A stretch of DNA of 63,073 bases, the filler included, from Licmophora abbreviata (Eukaryota): assembly GCA_900291995.1 (NCBI GenBank). It is 15 parts of 15 records of this genome, joined end to end, with 100 filler letters (N's around TTAATTAATTAA, not from the genome) between each part and the next. Parts side by side here need not be neighbours in the genome. Positions count along the whole stretch, not along the records: positions 30,101 to 32,889 come from OLMU01001908.1; positions 32,990 to 36,957 come from OLMU01001909.1; positions 37,058 to 42,116 come from OLMU01001910.1; positions 42,217 to 44,192 come from OLMU01001911.1; 11 more parts are not named here. One strand, given 5' to 3'. Below are positions 32,546-43,056 of the stretch, piece after piece. Within the stretch, counting starts at the first letter, position 1. Each line of letters begins with the position of its first letter. The notes beneath the pieces were generated by a model. The model was given only the letters and a program-made list of their open reading frames with translations. It was not told the origin of the DNA and ran no database searches. The translations under genes and the position numbers were made by a program.

Positions 32546-34082
32546 ATGACCGACGACACAACAGTTCCGGCAGGCGCCGCATCCATCGAGCTTGCCAACC
32601 TCACAGTCAAAGGCATTCAAGAGGGCCTTCGCAGCGGTGCATTCACCGCAGAGGCGCTCACCCTGGCATCACTTGCGCAAGTCGAGGCAACGAACCCGAA
32701 ATACAACGCGATCATCTTTCACAACAAAGACGCTGCGCTGGAAACCGCACGAGATGTGGATCGTCGCATCGCGGCAGGCGAGGATCTTGGGCCGCTGGCA
32801 GGGGTGCCTGTCGTGGTGAAAGACCCCATGGATATGGTTGGTTTCCCGACGACGGCGGGATGGCGACTGTTGTATTCGGGAGCCGGAGGNNNNNNNNNNN
32901 NNNNNNNNNNNNNNNNNNNNNNNNNNNNNNNNNTTAATTAATTAANNNNNNNNNNNNNNNNNNNNNNNNNNNNNNNNNNNNNNNNNNNNTGACAGTTGGG
33001 CCGGACCGACACTGAATGTTGCCATAGAAGACCGTGTTCCCGGCGGCTCCAGTGCAGGAACAGCCGCAGCGGTTGCCGCAAAGATGTGTGTGCTCGGTCT
33101 GGCAGAGGAAACAGGCGGGTCCATTCAGAACCCGGCCTCGGCGCAAGGTTTGGTGGGAATAAAGCCGACAATTGGTCTGGTGCCGAATGCCGGTGTCGTG
33201 CCCTTGTCCGCAAATCGTGACGTGGTCGGTCCGATTGCGCGCACAGTCACCGATGCGGCCATATGCCTTGATATTCTTGCAGGCTACAGCAGCGAAGATC
33301 CCAAAACACTGGCGAGCGTGGGGAAAATTCCTGCCAAAGGCTATACCGCAGCGCTTTCTAAAGACGCGCTGAAAGGCAAGCGGATCGGATTGTACGGCTC
33401 AGGTTGGCGCAATCAGCCGCTTTGCCCTGAAACAACGGCACTCTATGAACAGGCTCAAGAAGAGCTGACAGCCGCCGGCGCCATTCTGGTCGAAGATCCG
33501 TTTGCCGGGAGCGGCTTTGCGGATTTGCGTCAACCCACGGCGCCCACACCGAATTTCGACGGACGGGGACTGGAGTCGATCGCGTACGATCTGCAGTCTT
33601 ACCTGCGGCGCCTCGGTCCTGATGCCGCGCTCAAGACTTTTGCTGAATTTGCCGAAGCGACTTCTGAAGAGAACCCCTTTGGGCCAGAGGGCGTGTTGTA
33701 TTTCCTCAATTCGCTCCCGGATTTCCAGGCGGCTATGCTTGACCCGACCGCGCCGCCGGCCATGCCGGAGTTCATAGCCCTGAAGGCGGCTTATCTGGAT
33801 ATCCTCGAGACTGTCTTCCGCGAGCATAGCCTAGATTCCCTCATCTTTCCGCAAATGCGTCAAGAATTGCCGGGCCTGCATTCCGGAGAGACGATCCAGG
33901 AAACGACCGTCGGAGAGCTAAATATTGCGGGTCTTCCAGGGGTGACAGTGCCTGCCGGTTTCTATGCATCCTCGGCGCCTTTTGAACTGATCTTCCTCGG
34001 TCGGTTGTGGGACGAGGCGGAATTGCTGGCTCAGGCGTTTGCGTATGAACAGGCGGCAGGGGCTGGCGGGTCGATGAAATAG
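32546..34082 (+). CDS. Amidase-signature (Ser-cisSer-Lys) amidase, interrupted by gap
   Basis: GPLAGVPVVVKD, PGGSSAGTA, EETGGSIQNPAS, GIKPTIG. Confidence 0.88.
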
Positions 34083-34110
34083 TCCAAGAGCTTGTAGGAT
34101 TTGCATACTT

Positions 34111-34158
34111 AAGGCTGCTCCGCGACGAAAGACCGTCTCGCTCGCGTAGCAGCCTTTT
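34111..34158 (+). terminator. Probable intrinsic terminator closing the amide/urease locus
   Basis: AAGGCTGCT...AGCAGCCTT inverted repeat ending in TTTT, about 30 nt after the last stop codon. Confidence 0.55.
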
Positions 34159-34223
34159 CGTCTGATCTGGACCCGGTAGGGACCAGCGGGTGCTTGGTGC
34201 TGAAGGCCATTTTCATGTGCGCC

Positions 34224-34465
34224 TCATGTGTGCAATGAGTCGCCGGAGAAAGGCGGCATCAGCCGCACCACAGGGCCCATCGCCTGCAACCGCCGTGCCC
34301 AGTGATGCGCCCCGGAGCAGGCCTCAATGCCAATCAAACATCTGAGTCGACCTTCGAAAAATGAGAGAACTGGTTCCGCCCGAGCTGGCGCCGCAATATG
34401 GTTCTGCCGTCGGTGTCGACGCCATGGACCTGAATAACGTTCTTTGCGAGATCGACGCCGGTTGG
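34224..34465 (-). mobile_element. IS110-family transposase remnant (frameshifted N-terminus)
   Basis: GVDLAKNVIQVHGVD in one frame and IGIEACSGAHHWARRLQAMG..VRLMPP in another. Confidence 0.8.
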
Positions 34466-34479
34466 AGCGGGAGCCATCC

Positions 34480-34660
34480 ACACCATCAATCGAAATGGCC
34501 TTCTCAAAGCTCAAGGCGCGGATCCGAAAGGCTGCTGCCCGAACCTACCATGAGCTTTGGCAGGTGGTGGGGCATGTGTTCGACCTGTTCACCGACGAAG
34601 AGTGCTACTACTTCTTCAAGGCCGCTGAATGCCAACCCAATTAACCGCGATCCGCTCTAG
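34480..34660 (+). mobile_element. IS630-family transposase C-terminal remnant with right end
   Basis: IEMAFSKLKARIRKAAARTYHELWQ..EECYYFFKAA; ends ...CGCTCTAG. Confidence 0.75.
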
Positions 34661-34756
34661 TGACTGATGAGGCGAGACGTCGACTGTCTGCCTTGCCACA
34701 TAGTGCGCCGGGCGCGCCGAAGCGGCGCATCCGGTTTGATCTGCAAGGGAAGGGGA

Positions 34757-35008
34757 TCAGTCGACGAAGCCCATGCCTTCGTACTTGGCCTTGAGCTTAT
34801 TGAAATTCTTGGAGCCGCCAGAGGTCTTTTCGACTGTTCCCCAGCTGCCGCCAGGCTTCTTGCCCTGGACGTCGCAGCCGGAACCGCGGCACTTGATGAT
34901 GATCTGCATCCCGTCAGAGCGGGTCATGGACGCATCGCCGGCGGCGGCGGGCATGGATGTCACGCTGAGAAAAGCCGCGAAAACGGCGAGAAGGGTGAAA
35001 TACTTCAT
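34757..35008 (-). CDS. Small secreted hypothetical protein
   Basis: 83 aa, signal peptide ending PAAA, GGAGAG RBS, one Cys pair. Confidence 0.7.
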   Translation of the reverse strand: MKYFTLLAVFAAFLSVTSMPAAAGDASMTRSDGMQIIIKCRGSGCDVQGKKPGGSWGTVEKTSGGSKNFNKLKAKYEGMGFVD

Positions 35009-35274
35009 ACTCGATACTCTCCACTAAAGGTGCAACTTGCAAAAGCGACATCAGCCACGCAGCCTGCCGCCGCAATTTAAGGTAGCAAGCCGAGGCCATA
35101 ATAACAACCCGTGCTGCCGGGCATGGCCGCTGCTTACGTGCAACCGCGTCGTCCTGGGGCGCTCGGTCAAAACAATTGCAGGCTTATGCCACAAGCACAG
35201 AATCCACTCCGTCGAGGGCTTTCCGATGGGAGGCAATATAGTGGGGCACTTCACAGACAAGGGTTCGGACTCAA

Positions 35275-35560
35275 TCATAGCCAGAATGCGACGAGTGTCG
35301 CCAGTGCGACGGCGGAGCGAAAGTTCTTGGCGAGTTTGTCGTAGCGGGTTGCGACGCGTCTGAAGTCCTTCAATCGGCAGAAGGCATTCTCGATGGGATG
35401 GCGGGCTTTGTCTTGCGTGGCGTCGTCGCGATAGCCGTAATGCTGCACCCGCCGTTTCAGATCGGTGCGCCAGGGGGCTGCGCCGATCTCACGGACGAGC
35501 CTTTCGGCCTTATCATCTGGGATGTAATTTTCCAGATAGGTCAGCCCGTCAAGGCAATCA
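35275..35560 (-). pseudogene. Chimera of an AlkB-like 2OG-Fe(II) oxygenase N-fragment and an IS5-family transposase C-fragment
   Basis: GLTYLENYI..WRTDLKRRVQHYGY joined to RHPIENAFCRLKDFRRVATRYDKLAKNF. Confidence 0.7.
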
Positions 35561-36503
35561 TCGCGACGAGAAGAAATCTGGGCTGACCGCAAACTAAAGA
35601 CCCCCTGTGCCAACTATTGTCCACCGCGTCCGACAGGTTTGATTGGCATATTCAGGTCGTCTTTGCAGCTCCATCAAGATGATATGAGAATCCACGACAT
35701 TGATACCCTTGTTGCCCATCAGTGTGCCCGCTTCAGAAACGAGCTTTTCGTAAAGCTCAGGTTTTTCAGCTTGGAGAACTAGGTCGGTGTCTTCACGCCA
35801 TGCGAACTAGAAACCATCTCTGGGGTCAGTTTCCTAAGCCAGCCCGTGAACAGTGGTTTCCGTTGCGAAGAACGGCCATGCGTCTCCGGGTAGTAGCGGC
35901 TTTCCACTGTCAAACTTGGGAACAATGTCTGGCCAGAAATATTTCCTACTCAGATCAATCGGAGCCTGTTTTGTGCCCTTGCTTTAAGCCAGCCGCACCC
36001 AAACACTGGCGTTTTCCTGTCTATGTGCGGGTGGGGTAGCAGGACAGTCGCCGTGTGCTTATGGTTTGCACAGCAGATTCGTTCCGGTATTGGCCGGCCC
36101 CGAGGAGATCACTGAATGCCATGACCGCAGCCACCCAGGCCGCGCGCCTATCTTCTGCCCCTATGATGGATGGTGGCGATTTATGCAGCGTTTCAATGGT
36201 TTAAGCGACTTCGTGTGCATAATGTGTTCATGCTTTGATCGCGCAATCTCGTGCTGCGTCGCGTTTGTGTCGGTTCGTCATGTTCGAAACGGCAGAACTC
36301 AATTCTGAAATCTCATCTGCCGAAATGTCAGCGAAATGCGTCGCGTTCGTTGGGATTTCTGGCCTTCGACAATATCTGTCTTTCTGGCCGGCATTGCATG
36401 GGTCCAGTCATGACGGGCTTCGCCCGCCATAACCAAAAGACTGTCAGGCTGGAGCAGAAGATCCATGTGGACCTGCACCGGTTTCAGGTGAGGGGCACCT
36501 CAG

Positions 36504-36615
36504 ATGGGACCGAGACAGGAAACGCATTCGGCGCTGTTTTGCGAGTTCTCGCTGGAGGATCATGTCTCGCAAGATCACCATTTTCGGTCGATCGATCGCT
36601 TCGTGGATCTCAGCG
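36504..36615 (+). mobile_element. IS1182-family transposase N-terminal remnant
   Basis: MGPRQETHSALFCEFSLEDHVSQDHHFRSIDRFVDLS. Confidence 0.7.
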
Positions 36616-36744
36616 CCAGAACCGAGCACGGGTTGAATGTTTACGCGAACCTCAGCCAGCGAAGTCGATCTGGTATGCCGGTCACAAACTCGGTGCGCGA
36701 CGTCCTACACCACCACATGGGACACTGCCCGTACAGGGCGCCGC

Positions 36745-38621
36745 CTATTTCCCGCCGACAAGCATGTCCGATATATTTTCCTTGGCGCCGATGATTTCGA
36801 TGATCCGCCCCATGATGAATTCGGTTTGCTGATAGATCAACAGGTCCGCGCTTTCCGGCACGGGCAATACGGTCACGCGTGAGTTCCGTCTTTCCAGCTG
36901 TTGGTATTCTTCCAGATCGAACAAGCCGTCCTTGGTTGGCACCATGCTGAGCATCGGNNNNNNNNNNNNNNNNNNNNNNNNNNNNNNNNNNNNNNNNNNN
37001 NTTAATTAATTAANNNNNNNNNNNNNNNNNNNNNNNNNNNNNNNNNNNNNNNNNNNNTGGTCAACCGGTCGATCGCGCCGTCCACCGGGGCGTGGAACAT
37101 TTGCATGTCCCGCACGAAGGTGCGGGTGCCCTGAACGATAAGATGCGAACAGGCATCCCGCACGAGCGTCGCCGTAGAGGGATTGCGGCAGATCTGCAGG
37201 TCGAGCGGAGTCGAGGCATGGGCACGATCAAGATACCAATCCACCCCGTAGCGGGCGACCATGCGCTGACCAATCCGTGCGATCAGGTCCAAGAGCCGCG
37301 GCGCGGTCTTGGCAAGGCGCAACAGCGTTGCCTGCGGCACCGGCAGCTTGCGAAACGCCGCCCGGTTCAGGCAGCCGTTGAACCCGACAGAGATCAACGC
37401 CCGAAATGTCGTGGGGTCCTTGTCCTGTTGCGCCAAGAGCGGGATGATCCCGTCGGACAGGCCGATTCCGACACAGCCTTTCAAGCCCATGCCCTCCAGA
37501 AATTCCTGCAACATCAACCGATTGTCTTCAAGAACCGGAAGGTCCGGGTGCAGGGACGAATTCCCATAGCCGGGCCGCGATGGAATGAGCAGTTTGATCC
37601 CGGCCTGCTTGAGCATCTTTTCCGCACTTTCCGGCAGGAGGTAACCCATGGCCATCCCCCGCAGGAAAACCGCGGGGATGCCATCGCGGGCCCCCATCCA
37701 TGTCCAGGCGATGTCGCGCCCGGTATCGGTCACGAGGATCTTTTCGCGCCCAAGCGGGTCTTGCCATTTCGAGAGCAGCCCCCGATTGCGCAGCATCTGC
37801 CGACTGGTCACCATTGAAAACAGCCGGATCAGTTCCGCCTGCGATGTCGCGCCGGTCTTGCTGAGGATGGTTTTCATCTGGGTGCGCACCGTATGCACCG
37901 AAACGCCGCGCTGTGTGGCCACCTCGGCAAGATCGCAATTATCGAAAAACTGCCGGGCGACTTCGATTTCGGCATCGGTCAGATCGAAAGCCTGAGACAG
38001 GGTCGCCGACACCTCGGGCGACCAGCTCAGTTCCAAGGAGCGGATCACGATGTAGAATCCATCCTTGTTGGAGGCTTTGAGCAGAAACGCCTCGGCGCGG
38101 AAGGCCGGTTCGCCGGTGGCGCGGTCAAGGACCTGAGCGATGGCCTGCCCAAGGTTGCCCGGTTTCTTGGCCGACCGCAAAACAGCGTCCAGATCCTCCC
38201 GCGAATCCGGAGAAAAGCAGTCCAGTGACAGAAACGTGCCTTGAGATGACCCAAAACTCCGCTCGCCTTCCGCATTGATGAGAGAGACACGCAAATCCGG
38301 GCTGATGACAACGGCAGGCCCAGCAACTTCGGCAACAACCCGTTCAAGAGGGTCTTCGAAAACCGGAGTCTCCAGACGGTCCAGCGTTTCGGCGGCAAGG
38401 TCCATCTGTTTGAAGAAAGCATTGGAAAAATGCCGCTCGAACAGGCTGGACTCGGTGTCGAGCGCATTCAGTTTCTGGTTCCAGCGTTCAATAAGGCTGT
38501 CAACGGCCGCTTGATCGACAAAGGCGCGGAACGTATCCGAAATGATGTCCAGATCAAGCTCGGTCGTTGGTATGGTGTCGTCGGATCCAGTGTCCGGTTT
38601 GCTGCGTGTATCGTCTGACAC
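36745..38621 (-). CDS. LuxR-type HTH / alpha-beta hydrolase-fold regulator, interrupted by gap
   Basis: FDLTDAEIEVA..VATQRGVSVHTVRTQMKTILSKTGATSQAELIR, then hydrolase motifs RPGYGNS and GLSDG. Confidence 0.8.
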
Positions 38622-38720
38622 AAAAGGCCCTCTGCCGCCGCTTGCGTTTGTAGGAGGCCCGCCATGTGAGAGGCCGAGCCGCGTTGGATATGAAGGACAG
38701 AACCAAAGTCAATCCAGCCC

Positions 38721-38766
38721 CATACACCAAATAGTGTATGACAGGGTGTTCGTCACCTCCTAACCC
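38721..38766 (+). promoter_or_regulatory. Lux-box-like palindrome overlapping a candidate -35 element
   Basis: CATACAC-caaata-GTGTATG (38721-38740), then ATGACA-N17-TAACCC. Confidence 0.55.
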
Positions 38767-38961
38767 TGTGCAGAGACTTCGTGCACAAGGCGCGGTTGCG
38801 CCGTAGGACCAGACAGGATGACCCGTGGATAGATCCAGAACGCGAAAAGACTGCCTTGGGTTAGGGCCATCTGCCGCAGATCTTGGGGCCGAGGGGCGCC
38901 AAGGACCCGCGCCATCGTCCCAGCTTTTTCAACGCTCAACACAAGTGTCGGACTCGCCACG

Positions 38962-41685
38962 ATGACAAGATTTTTCTTAGCCCTTACACTTATGTGCGCC
39001 GCAACTGCCGCTTTGGCGCAGGATCGCGGAACGATCCTTGTTCTGGATGGGTCCGGGTCGATGTGGGCGCAATTGCCCGAAGGCCGGTCGCGGATCGAGG
39101 TGGCCCGCGACGTGCTCGACGATTTTCTGACCGCGCGCGATAAAGCGCAGCCACTGGGTGTCATTGCCTATGGCCATAACCGCCGCGGTGATTGCAGCGA
39201 TATCGAAACCATCGCCCCGGTAGGCATGCAGGAGGGTCGTGCCCTTGGCGAGCGCCTGCGCGGGTTGAACCCCCGGGGCAAGACGCCCCTGGCCGACGCG
39301 CTGCGTCGTGCCGCCGCCGAAATCCCGCGCACCGCCGAAGAGGCCGATATCGTGCTGGTCACCGACGGGTTGGAAACCTGCGGCGGCGATCCTTGCGCGG
39401 TGGCCGCCGAACTGGCCGCCCAAGGCATCCCCATTCGCGCCCATGTGGTCGGCTTTGGCCTGACCGAGGCTGAGGTCCAGCAGATCGCCTGCGTGGCCGA
39501 ACAGACTGGCGGTATGGTACTGGCCACTCAATCGGGCGCGGAGCTGACCGACGCCTTGGTGCGCACGGCCTCCGCCCCTGTGGACGCGCCAGACCAGCCG
39601 GGCGTGGCGGCCATCGCTCTGTCGATCCGTGCCGATATCGCCGGGCGGCCGGATCGGGTCGCCTTTCGTGCGGTGAGCGAGGCGACGGGCGAAACGCTGG
39701 AGCTCGGGGTTCTGGATTTCGCGACCGCCGGGGCGCTGACGGTCGAACTGGCCGAAGGCAACTGGCTGATTAAGGCGGATGCCGGCGATCAGGGCAACGG
39801 CGAAATCGCGGTTGCCATCGATGCAGGCGACAATCGCGCGATCTATGTCCCGTTTCGCGGGCTGCTGCCCAGTCTCGACATGCCCGCCCCGACCGGGGCC
39901 TTTCGGGCGGGCATAAATGGCCTGATCCCCTATCGGATCACCGAGGAAGGTCTGGCAACCGGCGGCGGTGACTTCATTTTCTCGCTTCTGCCGCTCGATG
40001 CGGTCGATACCGCCGATCGCCGGATCGACTATTCCACTCAGGCGAGCCAGATTGGGTCCCATGTCGGGGCCTTCCGCACCCCGGGCGAACCCGGCGATTA
40101 CCTGCTGGTGTTCCACCGAAACGCTGCGATGCCGATCGACGAGGTGATGGAGCGATTTGTCATCACGGTCGAACCCCGCCCCGAGGTGCGCCTGATCGCG
40201 CCCCCGGCCGTTGAACCCGGCGCAAGGGTGCCTGTCAGCATTGCCGGTGGCATGGGCAACTCCGACCGCATCGAAATCTGGCGCGACGGGGCGCTGGTGT
40301 CATGGGATCAGAGCATCTACGTTCAGGACTTTTTCGACAATGGTTACGGTCCGGCAAAACCGTTGCTCGCCCCGACCGAGCCCGGTGACTATGACCTGGT
40401 CTATGTCTTCAGCGAAATCGACGGCCCCGACGCGGTCGCGGCGCGCGTTCCCCTGACGGTCGGCGTGGTTCCCGAGCTTGACGAGGCTGGGGTGGCGGCC
40501 CCGTCTGACAAACCGATCCGTCAGGCAGACGCGGCATCAGTTGCGGCGGAACAGATCAGCGAAGATATCGCCTATGCCTGTCCCGCCGAAGAAGGGTTTC
40601 CCTGTTTCTTCGACGATCCTGCCACCGGGCTTGTCTTTGCCTTGCCGCCCGGTTGGGTCACGGATTTTCCCACCCGCGAGGCGGCAACTGCAGGCGGTCA
40701 GCCCGGCCCGGTGCGCGTCACCTTTTTCAGCACCGGCGACCCGGTCGAAACGATTGTCCTGAACCCGCACCAATGGACAACAATGAACGGCCCCTGCAGC
40801 GAGATGCAGCCCGGCTCCCTGTGCTGGTTCACCACCGATAGCGCGGAATTGACCCGCGCGCTCGAGATCCTGCGCCGCGCGATCCGCGACATGGGCCCAC
40901 CGACCGATGCGGCCGAAGTCGCCCCGGCACCACCAGCGGACGGCCACGGGTTTGACGGGAAAACTGATGGTCGCCCGTGGTCGACCTATCCTTACCGCTG
41001 CCTGCCCGATGACCGCCCCGAGGGCCTGTGCGAATTCACCGATGAGGCCACCGGACTGGCCATGTATCTGCCCGACAATTGGGTGGCCGAGGTCACCCCG
41101 GGGCCCGACGGCCCGCGCGCCGACTTCTTCGAGGTGACGGGCGCGGCGCGATCCGCCTATCTCAACCCTGCGAACTGGCCAACGCCGGATCAGGGCTGTT
41201 TTGCCACGCGGGCAGGCGATCTTTGCGTCCTTGCCGATGCCATCGACGCCGGGTTCGAAGAACCGCTGTCGATCCTGCAACGGTACCTTAGAACCGGTGA
41301 CGTGCTGCGCACCTGCGGCCAAGAGCCCTGCGATTACCTGTTGCCCTGGCGCGGGTTCATGGGGACTTTGCCGGGTTATTGGGGCGTGGAATTCCCGCAA
41401 GAAAACAGGCAGGGCACCCTGACTGGCTGGTTCTACGGCACTTTCGGTTCCGATCCTGTCAAGATCATCGGGCTGAACCAGCCCGGTGGCGAGAACTGCG
41501 TAGAGGCTTTTGAGGGCGCCGAACTCTGCGCGTTCACCCCTTATATCTCGACCGAAGAGATGGAGGTCATCCGCAGCACCTTGCGGATTGCGCCGCCCCC
41601 GCTGCCGGGCACCATCGGAACCCCGTCAGGCAAAGTCGACTATCGGGAGATCGACCGCGTTCTGTCGATTATCAAAGGGAATTGA
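38962..41685 (+). CDS. Secreted vWA-domain protein with three Cys-rich C-terminal repeats
   Basis: Signal peptide; MIDAS LDGSGSM, GKTPL, VTDGLETCGGDPC. Confidence 0.85.
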   Translation: MTRFFLALTLMCAATAALAQDRGTILVLDGSGSMWAQLPEGRSRIEVARDVLDDFLTARDKAQPLGVIAYGHNRRGDCSDIETIAPVGMQEGRALGERLRGLNPRGKTPLADALRRAAAEIPRTAEEADIVLVTDGLETCGGDPCAVAAELAAQGIPIRAHVVGFGLTEAEVQQIACVAEQTGGMVLATQSGAELTDALVRTASAPVDAPDQPGVAAIALSIRADIAGRPDRVAFRAVSEATGETLELGVLDFATAGALTVELAEGNWLIKADAGDQGNGEIAVAIDAGDNRAIYVPFRGLLPSLDMPAPTGAFRAGINGLIPYRITEEGLATGGGDFIFSLLPLDAVDTADRRIDYSTQASQIGSHVGAFRTPGEPGDYLLVFHRNAAMPIDEVMERFVITVEPRPEVRLIAPPAVEPGARVPVSIAGGMGNSDRIEIWRDGALVSWDQSIYVQDFFDNGYGPAKPLLAPTEPGDYDLVYVFSEIDGPDAVAARVPLTVGVVPELDEAGVAAPSDKPIRQADAASVAAEQISEDIAYACPAEEGFPCFFDDPATGLVFALPPGWVTDFPTREAATAGGQPGPVRVTFFSTGDPVETIVLNPHQWTTMNGPCSEMQPGSLCWFTTDSAELTRALEILRRAIRDMGPPTDAAEVAPAPPADGHGFDGKTDGRPWSTYPYRCLPDDRPEGLCEFTDEATGLAMYLPDNWVAEVTPGPDGPRADFFEVTGAARSAYLNPANWPTPDQGCFATRAGDLCVLADAIDAGFEEPLSILQRYLRTGDVLRTCGQEPCDYLLPWRGFMGTLPGYWGVEFPQENRQGTLTGWFYGTFGSDPVKIIGLNQPGGENCVEAFEGAELCAFTPYISTEEMEVIRSTLRIAPPPLPGTIGTPSGKVDYREIDRVLSIIKGN

Positions 41686-41688
41686 AGG

Positions 41689-42580
41689 ATGTTCAGAACG
41701 TTACTGGCCGTTGCACCCTGGCTGGCCACCGCTGCCGCGGCTGAGGCCTGCAATACACCCACTGTTGTGGTCGAACGGGATGGTACTGCGCAATATGTGT
41801 CGCCGCAGACGGATAATCGCGCCGAACTGGAGGTTGTGTTCGGCACTGCCCAGACGGATGATTCCATCCTCGTGTTTGACGCCCGCAACGGTCAAGGAAC
41901 ATGGGTCTCGAAATCGGATTTGTCGCTGATCGGCATTGGTTTCAACACAAGGGACGCAGAGCTCGTCTATTCCGGCCCGCCCGAGTGCCGCCCGCCCGAG
42001 CTGCCCATCGCTTTGCCGGGTGGCGTGCCCATCGGGGAACCCGCCGAGCTGTTTCCCGACGGCGACCCCGGCACCCAACCCATCGACCTGTTCCCGGATG
42101 AAACGGCCGACGGTGGNNNNNNNNNNNNNNNNNNNNNNNNNNNNNNNNNNNNNNNNNNNNTTAATTAATTAANNNNNNNNNNNNNNNNNNNNNNNNNNNN
42201 NNNNNNNNNNNNNNNNATTTCCGGCCTCTGCCGGCGCATTGCCCGGCATGACGGGCGATGCGCGGCCCATGAGCTTTACCAACCCGTTTCATCCCGACAC
42301 GCTTGAGATGTCGCACATCATGGGGGTCCGCTGGAATGCCGCCGGCGAAAATCGGTGGATCTCCACAGACCTTGGTGCAGAGGCTTTCGCCCAGATTCCC
42401 GCAGGCGAAGGTGCCGGATCGCGGATTGTCTGGACCCTAACGGTAACCTCCGCCGAAGAGTTGCGCTTCGAAAGGACCGTCGAAATTGTCTTGCCTGCTG
42501 CAGCCGCCGCGGTAATGGGTATTTCAGCAGATGGCTGCCGCGTCATCGGGGAGGATCGCTGGATCCGAGTCGGAGACTGA
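41689..42580 (+). CDS. Secreted hypothetical protein, interrupted by gap
   Basis: Signal peptide, starts 3 nt after the vWA gene; ORF pieces 41689-42116 and 42217-42580. Confidence 0.65.
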
Positions 42581-42600
42581 AGCGCGCCGGACATGGTCGC

Positions 42601-42860
42601 GGTCGTGTCTCGGAAGTGGTGGAAATTCGAAGGCGGCGTAATCTCCGGTCGAACTGACATCCACACAGTCGGCGGCTGCAACCTCCCTGGAGATTACGCC
42701 ATGACCCAGATTGCCGAGACTGCAAGCTTTGCGCTCCTGGCCGGGGGGGGTGCTACCCGATCGAAGAGTGACTGCGGGTAAACATTCGCGCGACCATCAA
42801 GCCATAATCGAAGAGGAGCTGGCCGACTTTTTGGGCCGCCGCCGACATCGATCCCAAGGA
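42601..42860 (+). mobile_element. IS256-family left end and decayed transposase 5' end
   Basis: Terminal GGTCGTGTCTCGGAAGTGGTGGAAATT; MTQIAETASFALL/PIEE*LRVNIRATI/AIIEEELADFLGR with a stop and frameshifts. Confidence 0.65.
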
Positions 42861-43056
42861 TCACAGGACCGTTCGGCGCTCAAATTTGTCGACTGGACCG
42901 ATTTGCGGGACGCGCCTCACCTAGGGCGCCGCGACGATCTCGCTCGTCGATGTAGTGCATCCTGAGAGGCTCCGATCCGAGTGAAGCATCTGTCGGGAGC
43001 TTGACTGACCCGGATGAACAGCCCCCTTGACTTCATGCATATTGGTGATGGCTGTG

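Noticed and set aside
35640..36480. Short ORFs in the lower-GC stretch
   Set aside because: Frames are interrupted by stops and match no family I can recognise; probably decayed foreign DNA
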